IMG/VR virus record: IMGVR_UViG_3300045988_027175
Strand: one strand, 5' to 3'
Length of the DNA stretch: 37,225 nt
From: a virus
The notes below the pieces were generated by a model. It searched no databases, was not told the origin of the DNA, and worked only from the letters and a program-made list of their open reading frames with translations. Made by a program: the position numbers and the translations under genes. Shown piece after piece: positions 27,148-33,354 of the stretch (its first letter is position 1; every line of letters starts with the position of its first letter).

Positions 27148-28290
27148 ATGAGCATCAACAAGGTCATATATAACGGCAATACATTGATTGATATATCAGA
27201 CAGTACAGTAACTGATGATAACATTGAAGAAGGGTTGATTGCCTATTCAGGAGATGGAAAAAGGGTGGTAGGAACTAAGATGAATCTAGAAGACAGAAGC
27301 AAAAGAAAACTGATTTTTATTGGTGACAGTTATGGAGATGGTTATACTCCTGATGGAAATGCCACAGGATGGTGTGACAGACTTAAGAATAAATTAGTGA
27401 ATTGCCACTTCTCTGCAGACAACATCTATATCAATCATAAAGGTGGTGCATCCTTTTCTAATCCATCCAATAACTATCTGACTCTTCTTAAAGGTGTTCA
27501 GGTGAGCAATAAAAAAATGGTAACTGATGTATTGATAGGGGGAGGATACAATGAATTGGCATATGCTGATAAAATTGACACTGTTAAATCCAACATTGAT
27601 ACACTGATATCCTATGTACAGAGTACATATCCAAATGCAGTTGTTCACTTTGCGCCTTTTGGGGTTGCATTCAAAGATAGGAATAATCAGTTTAAATTAA
27701 GATATAAATTGATGCCTGCATACACATCAAAAGCGTGCTATACAAATCAGCCTTTTATGTTAGTACCGGGTGCCGAAAACATCCTATCTTTTGAAAATAT
27801 GATGAGTTCGGATGGAATCCATCCGAATGATTGGGGGCTAGAAAACATTGCCGAGTATCTAAAGGGGTATATTCTAGGAACAGGCAGCAGTGCGATTGAT
27901 AAGAGACAATTGAGTGTAGGTTTAAATGGTGGCACATTTACAGGAACAATATACGGACAGTGTTTAGGTGACATAAACATATATCGTATTATATTTGATC
28001 AATCGGTCAATCATCTCAATTCTAACGGAACTAATGGATTTAAATTATACACTCCTGTTCGTACTAACGCATTTCCTTGGCGAGCTCCTAACATGGGGTA
28101 TACGGATGCCAATGCAATCATACAGGCTAACGGTGGATTCTTTGACGTTCCTGTCAAATTCAACGTAACAAACGGTAACGAGTTGTATATGCAATTCAAG
28201 CAGTGTAACTCTGCTCACAATAACTATCAAAGTTATTCAAATATCACTCAAATTCAGTTAGACGCTTGGATCGTCGCTGAGAACATGTAA
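27148..28290 (+). CDS. Tail fibre/receptor-binding protein with an SGNH/GDSL hydrolase (esterase) domain
   Basis: N-terminus INKVIYNGNTLIDISDSTVTDDNI is paralogous to the previous gene. GDS block LIFIGDSYGDGY and DxxH block SSDGIHPN. Confidence 0.7.
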   Translation: MSINKVIYNGNTLIDISDSTVTDDNIEEGLIAYSGDGKRVVGTKMNLEDRSKRKLIFIGDSYGDGYTPDGNATGWCDRLKNKLVNCHFSADNIYINHKGGASFSNPSNNYLTLLKGVQVSNKKMVTDVLIGGGYNELAYADKIDTVKSNIDTLISYVQSTYPNAVVHFAPFGVAFKDRNNQFKLRYKLMPAYTSKACYTNQPFMLVPGAENILSFENMMSSDGIHPNDWGLENIAEYLKGYILGTGSSAIDKRQLSVGLNGGTFTGTIYGQCLGDINIYRIIFDQSVNHLNSNGTNGFKLYTPVRTNAFPWRAPNMGYTDANAIIQANGGFFDVPVKFNVTNGNELYMQFKQCNSAHNNYQSYSNITQIQLDAWIVAENM

Positions 28291-28309
28291 ATATGAAAGA
28301 GGTAATAAA

Positions 28310-28768
28310 ATGAAATTATACGATACTTCATTAAAATATATGGACACTCTTAATGCAGTAGGGGGCACTATTGTAGCAGTGTTAACCGCTGCATTAGGCA
28401 CACATTGGTTTTTATTTGTTGGTTTTTTAGTCTTGAATATTATCGACTATATTACAGGAGTTAGAAAATCAAGACTGACAGGCAAAGACAACAGCGCCAA
28501 GGGAGTGCGTGGTGTATGGAAAAAGTTAGGGTACTGGTTAATGGTACTCGTTGCTTTTCTCGCATCAGCGATTTTTATTGAGATTGGTCAGACTATCAAT
28601 GTTGATCTAACAATTACTACTTATGTTGGATGGTTCACATTGGCATCTCTCATTATCAATGAGTTACGCAGTATTCTTGAAAATTTCGTTGAAGCAGGGG
28701 ATAACGTACCATCCGTACTTACAAAAGGTTTAGAAGTGGCTGAAAATGCTATTAACAAGGAGAAATAA
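28310..28768 (+). CDS. Holin (phage_holin_4_1 / TcdE-like family)
   Basis: Three hydrophobic segments. IIDYITGVRKS...SAKGVRGVWKK and the NELRSILENFVEAG motif. Confidence 0.8.
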   Translation: MKLYDTSLKYMDTLNAVGGTIVAVLTAALGTHWFLFVGFLVLNIIDYITGVRKSRLTGKDNSAKGVRGVWKKLGYWLMVLVAFLASAIFIEIGQTINVDLTITTYVGWFTLASLIINELRSILENFVEAGDNVPSVLTKGLEVAENAINKEK

Positions 28769-28770
28769 TC

Positions 28771-29445
28771 ATGGCAAGTTACTTTAATCTAACACTTGAT
28801 ACTCTTGCTCCCCAGGGGCTTACTATCAAGTTAAATAATGGCTCTCAGTATACTACATCTAAGAATGTTACTTTAAGCATCTCAGTATCTGATACATCCA
28901 CATCAGGATATCAGATGAAGGTTTGGGGGATTGATGGAGCATCATCTGAAGATAGTGCTTCATGGGAGACTTTTGCATCAACAAAAAGTATTGCACTTCC
29001 AACAGGCGACGGACTCAAGACTGTATACGTAAAAGTACGTGATGATGTCTGCAATGAGACTGCTGCTGCATCTGCTACCATCACATTAGATACTTCAGTA
29101 CCAGCCGTTACTATCATTGGTCCAGACGTCTCAAGAATCTCTAAGACAGCACCTAAAAACGTGGCTACATTCAGTTTCACTTCTGACGTAGCTTTCACAG
29201 AATATAAGATTAAGGTAGTACCTTCTAAATCATCATTACATGATGCTGGTACATTAATCGGAACTGCAAATGGTTCTACAAATGTAAGTGCAACAGGTAC
29301 ATTTAAGGCTAGCACTGCCATTACTTGTAAGATTTATGGCAAAGATCTAGAGGCAGCATCTGCTGGAGATGTGTTTCATATCTCTTTAGGAGATATCAAT
29401 GTAATCAAGGCAAAGGCGCCTATTATCAGATATGAGGAGGATTAG
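28771..29445 (+). CDS. Hypothetical protein with two Ig-like/beta-sandwich repeats
   Basis: Repeated LDT(L/S)(A/V)P...TL(S/D) pattern. S/T-rich. Sits between the holin and lysin genes. Confidence 0.55.
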   Translation: MASYFNLTLDTLAPQGLTIKLNNGSQYTTSKNVTLSISVSDTSTSGYQMKVWGIDGASSEDSASWETFASTKSIALPTGDGLKTVYVKVRDDVCNETAAASATITLDTSVPAVTIIGPDVSRISKTAPKNVATFSFTSDVAFTEYKIKVVPSKSSLHDAGTLIGTANGSTNVSATGTFKASTAITCKIYGKDLEAASAGDVFHISLGDINVIKAKAPIIRYEED

Positions 29446-29447
29446 AA

Positions 29448-29741
29448 ATGAAAATATTTATTTCGCAACCTATGAAAGATTTGTCTGAAGAAGAAATCAA
29501 GGCAGATAGAAAAAGAGCAATCGAGAAGGTAAAAAATATTTACGGCGATGATGTAGAAATTATTGACAGTTATAACAATAAGTATCAGAAGCCGTTAGTG
29601 TGCCTTGCAAAATCAATTGAATTATTAGCTACTGCTGACATTGCTTATTTTTGCAAAGGTTGGAACAAAGCGAGAGGATGCAGAATTGAATATATGTGCG
29701 CCAACGATTACGGAATCGGTGCATATTTTGAGGAGGAATAA
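29448..29741 (+). CDS. DUF4406-like protein (nucleoside 2-deoxyribosyltransferase-like fold)
   Basis: MKIFISQPMKDLS ... ADIAYFCKGWNKARGCRIEYMCANDYGI matches the DUF4406 pattern as recalled. Confidence 0.5.
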   Translation: MKIFISQPMKDLSEEEIKADRKRAIEKVKNIYGDDVEIIDSYNNKYQKPLVCLAKSIELLATADIAYFCKGWNKARGCRIEYMCANDYGIGAYFEEE

Positions 29742-29743
29742 AC

Positions 29744-30535
29744 ATGAGTTATATTTTTAAGACTAATATTGCGAATAGAAGCAATTACGGAAGCGCTAGA
29801 GATTTAAACACTATCAAATATTTAGTAATCCACTATACTTCTAACGATGGAGACAGTGACGAAGGAAACGGAAAATATTTCCACAACAACGTTGTGAAGG
29901 CATCAGCCCACTATTTTGTAGATGATGATTCCGTTACTCAGTCAGTGCCAGACAACTATGCAGCGTATTCAGTAGGGGGCAAATGTCAGTCTAATCATCA
30001 TCCACTTTATAATATTTGTAAGAATGCCAACTCCATCAGCATTGAAATGTGCGACTCAGTTAAAAATGGAGTTGTCGAGATTACAGATAAGACAATCGAA
30101 AACACTATGGTATTAGCATCAATCATCATGAAGCGCTACAATATCACAATTGATCGTGTTATCCGTCACTATGATGTAAATGGCAAGGCATGCCCTAACT
30201 GCAATGGATTATTACAGGATGCAAAGTGGGAAGCATTTAAAAATAGACTAATGGAAATCTACGCTGTAGTTAATCCATCTGAAAAGCCAACCGAAAACGC
30301 TACTGATAAATTAGGCACTTATGTAGTGACTGCATCAAGTCTAAGAGTCAGAACAGGGCCAGGAACAGACTACAGAAGAAAAAAGAAATCTGAATTAACA
30401 GCCAACGCAAGAGAGCATGCTACATTCACAGGAGCACTTAAAAAAGGCACTAGAGTGACAGTCAAGGAAATTCGTGACGGTTGGGCTCGCATTCCATCTG
30501 GTTGGGTATGTGCTGATTATCTCAAAAAAGTCTAA
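29744..30535 (+). CDS. Endolysin: N-acetylmuramoyl-L-alanine amidase (Amidase_2/PGRP) with a C-terminal SH3b domain
   Basis: IKYLVIHYTSN...ASAHYFVDD...AYSVGG. C-terminal LRVRTGPGTDY...GWARIPSGWVCADYL. Confidence 0.9.
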   Translation: MSYIFKTNIANRSNYGSARDLNTIKYLVIHYTSNDGDSDEGNGKYFHNNVVKASAHYFVDDDSVTQSVPDNYAAYSVGGKCQSNHHPLYNICKNANSISIEMCDSVKNGVVEITDKTIENTMVLASIIMKRYNITIDRVIRHYDVNGKACPNCNGLLQDAKWEAFKNRLMEIYAVVNPSEKPTENATDKLGTYVVTASSLRVRTGPGTDYRRKKKSELTANAREHATFTGALKKGTRVTVKEIRDGWARIPSGWVCADYLKKV

Positions 30536-30570
30536 TTTAAGTTTTATTATGAGTTTATTCATAAAGATGT

Positions 30571-30622
30571 TGACTAAACTCGACTAAATCTCGACTAAAT
30601 TTCGACTAAATCTCGACTACAC
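30571..30622. repeat. Five tandem copies of (T/C)GACTA(A/C)A at 10-11 bp spacing; the middle three read CGACTAAAT
   Basis: tGACTAAAct cGACTAAATct cGACTAAATtt cGACTAAATct cGACTACAca. The G of each unit is at 30572, 30582, 30593, 30604 and 30615. Confidence 0.85.
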
Positions 30623-30640
30623 AACAATTTAAAGCATAAG

Positions 30641-30675
30641 AAAAGACCAGGGCTATTTGCTCTGGTCCTTTTTTG
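30641..30675 (+). terminator. Rho-independent terminator ending the late/lysis operon; overlaps the 3' end of the convergent RHH gene
   Basis: aaaaGACCAG-ggctatttgct-CTGGTCcttttttg. Confidence 0.65.
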
Positions 30676-30847
30676 CTTTCTCAATATCATCTCTTATAAG
30701 TTTTTTAATGTAACCCATTTTAGATTCGACATGATCAAGTTTTTCTAGAATGTCTGCATCTGTTTTCTTATTGAATGCAAGATTGACACATTTCGTCATC
30801 TTCTTAGCATAGTTTGCGCTAGCTTTCTTCTGCGCTTCAGTTGACAT
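30653..30847 (-). CDS. Ribbon-helix-helix (Arc/CopG-like) DNA-binding protein
   Basis: SD GGGAGG upstream. YAKKMTKCVNLAFNKKTDADILEKLDHVESKMGYIKKLIRDDI fits the strand-helix-helix pattern of small RHH proteins. Confidence 0.55.
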   Translation of the reverse strand: MSTEAQKKASANYAKKMTKCVNLAFNKKTDADILEKLDHVESKMGYIKKLIRDDIEKAKKDQSK

Positions 30848-30860
30848 GGTTATACCTCCC

Positions 30861-30941
30861 TTAGAATAATTTTGAAATCAAGAATACTAATACTGCAATA
30901 AGCCCAATCAATTCGATAGCTTTTAAAATTAATTTTTCCAT
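30861..30941 (-). CDS. 26-aa hydrophobic micropeptide MEKLILKAIELIGLIAVLVFLISKLF
   Basis: Not in the ORF track. Paralogous to the 37-aa peptide upstream (shared LIG...L(I/V)...KLF ending and shared ttgattggg at the DNA level). Its stop is 11 nt before the RHH start codon. Confidence 0.45.
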   Translation of the reverse strand: MEKLILKAIELIGLIAVLVFLISKLF

Positions 30942-31004
30942 TGTTTTCTTTGAAAAGTGGTTTTATAATAGTGATAGGAAGAGAGGACAAGCCTCTCAAC
31001 CTAC

Positions 31005-31118
31005 TTAGTTAAATAGTTTGATTAGAATCAAAATCCACCCAATCAAGGAAATGATTTTAATCACTAGCGCTTCGAATAGGTCCAATATTCGAAGCATTTT
31101 TTTTAACTTCTTTTCCAC
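31005..31118 (-). CDS. 37-aa micropeptide MEKKLKKMLRILDLFEALVIKIISLIGWILILIKLFN (GTG start)
   Basis: SD AGGAGG 8 nt before GTG 31118. Basic N-terminus and hydrophobic C-terminus. First gene after the consensus promoter. Confidence 0.5.
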   Translation of the reverse strand: MEKKLKKMLRILDLFEALVIKIISLIGWILILIKLFN

Positions 31119-31143
31119 TTTTCTTACCTCCTTTCTTGATTAT

Positions 31144-31172
31144 AGTATATCATAAAATTATATAAATGTCAA
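31144..31172 (-). promoter_or_regulatory. Near-consensus sigma-A/sigma-70 promoter driving the micropeptide-RHH operon
   Basis: Minus strand reads TTGACA, a 17-nt spacer, then TATACT. The SD of the 37-aa ORF lies about 15 nt downstream. Confidence 0.7.
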
Positions 31173-31252
31173 TGTATATTGATATAACTAAGGAATTATT
31201 ATATAAAAAATATCAGTAAACAATGATAGTTTTTGTGTTTTAATTATGTTGT

Positions 31253-31364
31253 TTCTAACGCTCATTTTGAGTGTTAGAACTTATCCAAAAATAAAAAAAT
31301 GGCTTATTAAGCCATAAAATTAGAATCATAAGTGAGCGTTAAATAAGTGTTAGAATGAGCGTTA
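31253..31364. repeat. Cluster of five copies of the motif TGAG(C/T)GTTA(G/A)AA, including an inverted pair
   Basis: TTCTAACGCTCA-ttt-TGAGTGTTAGAA at 31253-31279. TGAGCGTTA at 31333-31341, GTGTTAGAA at 31347-31355, TGAGCGTTA at 31356-31364. Confidence 0.8.
31287..31315 (-). terminator. Terminator-like hairpin for minus-strand transcripts
   Basis: ATGGCTTA-t-TAAGCCAT, followed on the minus strand by TTTTTTTATTTTT. Confidence 0.45.
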
Positions 31365-31393
31365 TAAATATATGATGTGCCACTAAGTAGGTA

Positions 31394-31474
31394 CTAAACT
31401 AGTAACGAATCAGTAACAAGGGGTAAAAAGTCTAGGAAACAAGCCAATTTTAACATCATATACAAATGTTTCAT
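31394..31474 (-). CDS. Possible 26-aa peptide MKHLYMMLKLACFLDFLPLVTDSLLV
   Basis: Perfect SD AGGAGG 9 nt before ATG 31474. No other support. Overlaps a 26-bp repeat. Confidence 0.25.
   Translation of the reverse strand: MKHLYMMLKLACFLDFLPLVTDSLLV
31395..31420. repeat. 26-bp direct repeat, copy 1 (TAAACTAGTAACGAATCAGTAACAAG)
   Basis: Matches 31533-31558 at 25 of 26 positions. Contains AGTAAC twice, 11 bp apart. Confidence 0.9.
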
Positions 31475-31532
31475 AATAATTTTCCTCCTGTATTTATGCG
31501 GTTTTTTAGGGGTTTGAAACACTATGAAAGCG

Positions 31533-31558
31533 TAAACTAGTAACAAATCAGTAACAAG
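31533..31558. repeat. 26-bp direct repeat, copy 2 (TAAACTAGTAACAAATCAGTAACAAG)
   Basis: See copy 1. Lies between the int terminator and the putative peptide ORF. Confidence 0.9.
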
Positions 31559-31583
31559 AAAAGCCACTTTCAAGGAGTGGCTT
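31553..31583 (-). terminator. Terminator of the integrase gene
   Basis: AAGCCACT-ccttgaa-AGTGGCTT on the minus strand, followed by TTCTTGTT. Confidence 0.6.
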
Positions 31584-31644
31584 CCGCAGGTAGGCTCACT
31601 TAGAGTGCTTCAACCGCTAACACAATAAGTATATCATAAACCTC

Positions 31645-32778
31645 TCAAAATTTAATCTTATTTATCTCTGTCCACAACTTATTTTTTGAGGCATTAGTAT
31701 AGATATCAAAAGTGATATCATTAAGCTTATGCCCTAGTACTTTCTTTCTGATGTAAATGTCAACGTTGTAAAGCTGACAAAGAGAAGCAAAAGTATCTCT
31801 TGTATCATGCATCTTGTGGTTCATGCCTAGCTGATCATTGAGGGCATAGAGTACAGTCATGTAAAACCATGTGCGTTTGGAATCAAATATTCTTTCTTTC
31901 CTTTTGATTAGTTCATCAATGACATACTGCTTGATTCCTTCATGAATCGGAATGATTCTGTCTCTTCCAGCTTCAGTCTTAGAACCAGTAATGATATAAC
32001 TGATTTTTCTTTCTACTCCATCATCGTTGCAAGGTTCATCTATGTGTATCTGTTTTCTATCAAGTGAGAGGAGTTCAGAAAGCCTACACCCTGTATAGAT
32101 ATAAATAAGCAGCACATGCGCTTCTGGAGTATCTAGTTTCTTGAGTTTTCTTATCTCATCTAAAGTAAAGGCTTTATGCATTGTTGACTTAGGAAGGCTC
32201 TTTATTTTTATATAAGTAGAATAATCATCATCTCTGCTGATATATTTGTGCATCACTGCATACTCGAAGACTTTGACACAGATGTACTTCATATCTCTCT
32301 GTACACTTACACCAGTATCCATTTCATCAAATATGTTCTGCATATCTCTTAATGTGATTATATTGACAGGCATATTTGACAACCTATCAAGGTGGCTAAA
32401 AGCGTTCAGGATGTTTTTATGTCCTTTTTCGGTTCGACTGCTGAAGGTTTCATTGTCTATGATAGTAAAGATTTCCTTAAATGTCGGCACTCTCTTCTGT
32501 GTCTTTTCCTGTATTCTGTCATACAGATCAGGAGCGAGGTTTCTAGCTTCTTCATTTGTTATGCTGCTTGATCTCTTTAATGAGTAGAGGGATAAGGCAT
32601 TCAATGCTTCTTCACGAGTTGCGAATGTTCCTATACATATCTGTTTCTTCTTGCCTGTTATTATATCTCTTTCATCGCTCATTACACGGGCACAGAAGGG
32701 GTTTCTTCTCTTACCCGATAATTTAACCACGGTACCTGTATTATTCGGTCTACGTCTAAATCTAGAGTTTCTAGGCAT
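31645..32778 (-). CDS. int: Tyrosine integrase with an AP2-like arm-binding N-terminal domain
   Basis: C-terminal HDTRDTFAS ... VLGHKLNDITFDIYTN (HxxR, GH, Y). N-terminal TGTVVKLSGKRRNPFCARV...IGTFATREEALNAL. ATG 32778 is preferred over the TTG at 32823 in the track. Confidence 0.9.
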   Translation of the reverse strand: MPRNSRFRRRPNNTGTVVKLSGKRRNPFCARVMSDERDIITGKKKQICIGTFATREEALNALSLYSLKRSSSITNEEARNLAPDLYDRIQEKTQKRVPTFKEIFTIIDNETFSSRTEKGHKNILNAFSHLDRLSNMPVNIITLRDMQNIFDEMDTGVSVQRDMKYICVKVFEYAVMHKYISRDDDYSTYIKIKSLPKSTMHKAFTLDEIRKLKKLDTPEAHVLLIYIYTGCRLSELLSLDRKQIHIDEPCNDDGVERKISYIITGSKTEAGRDRIIPIHEGIKQYVIDELIKRKERIFDSKRTWFYMTVLYALNDQLGMNHKMHDTRDTFASLCQLYNVDIYIRKKVLGHKLNDITFDIYTNASKNKLWTEINKIKF

Positions 32779-32805
32779 AATATGACACGTCCTTTCAGTT
32801 GTAAT

Positions 32806-32835
32806 TTGCCTTTGACGTGCCAATCGTGATATAAT
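32806..32835 (+). promoter_or_regulatory. Candidate plus-strand promoter with an extended -10
   Basis: TTGCCT (32806-32811), an 18-nt spacer, then TGATATAAT (32827-32835). Confidence 0.45.
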
Positions 32836-32841
32836 TGAGTA

Positions 32842-32935
32842 CGTAAAAGGACTTTATGCGAGTTTTCTTTTATATGAGGTATTGGTAGTACCTCTTCCTT
32901 ATTACTCTCCTGTTGGTAGCAGGGGAGTTTTTTTT
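32842..32935 (+). ncRNA. Candidate sRNA of about 95 nt, antisense to the PH-gene/int intergenic region, with two stem-loops carrying the same loop UUGGUAG
   Basis: Hairpin 1: GAGGTA-TTGGTAG-TACCTC, 32876-32894. Hairpin 2: ACTCTCCTG-TTGGTAG-CAGGGGAGT, 32904-32928, running into T8 (32928-32935). Confidence 0.4.
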
Positions 32936-32939
32936 ATTG

Positions 32940-33311
32940 TTAATTGTTTAATACTGCTTTACCTAAAATTCTATCAAATTCTCTAATATCACATTTATCC
33001 GAAAGTTTTATTTTAAAGAATCCTGCTTTTGTCCATAATTCTAGTTCTGTATCTAGGTCAAAAGTTCCTGCGTTAGCAGTACTCCACATATTGATTGATC
33101 TATAAGGCAAAGAAAATATTTCTTTTTTTGCACCTATGATTCCTTGAGTATCACAGATTATCAATCTTTTATTTGTTAATGCTGCTACATCTCTAACAGT
33201 TGAATAACATTGATAAATTTCCTCTCCTTCCACAAGAATTTCTTTGATTGCATTGTTTGGTTCGCATTTGCATCTGAATGCCCAACTTAATGCTTTTTCA
33301 GTGTTTGCCAT
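32940..33311 (-). CDS. Bacterial PH-like domain protein (YokE/bPH type)
   Basis: SD AAGGAGG upstream. LTNKRLIICDTQGIIGAKKEIFSLPYRSINMWSTANAGTFDLDTELELWT fits the bPH pattern. Confidence 0.55.
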   Translation of the reverse strand: MANTEKALSWAFRCKCEPNNAIKEILVEGEEIYQCYSTVRDVAALTNKRLIICDTQGIIGAKKEIFSLPYRSINMWSTANAGTFDLDTELELWTKAGFFKIKLSDKCDIREFDRILGKAVLNN

Positions 33312-33354
33312 ACTATTTCCTCCTTTTATTTTTTTAAAGTTTTTTTAACAAACA

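Noticed and set aside
30571-30622. Whether the short tandem repeat array could be a CRISPR-like mini-array.
   Set aside because: The units are only about 11 bp, contiguous, and have no spacers. This is incompatible with CRISPR repeat-spacer architecture, so it is interpreted as a protein-binding iteron array.
31200-31644. Search for a tRNA or tRNA fragment that would mark the attP core.
   Set aside because: No T-arm-like GGTTCGAATCC-type sequence or cloverleaf-compatible segment could be recognised by eye. The attP core therefore cannot be placed from this window alone.
32779-32823. TTG-initiated 15-codon N-terminal extension of the integrase given in the ORF track.
   Set aside because: The ATG at 32778 starts the recognisable arm-binding domain. 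The extension would overlap the candidate divergent plus-strand promoter. The start remains uncertain, but the ATG is preferred.
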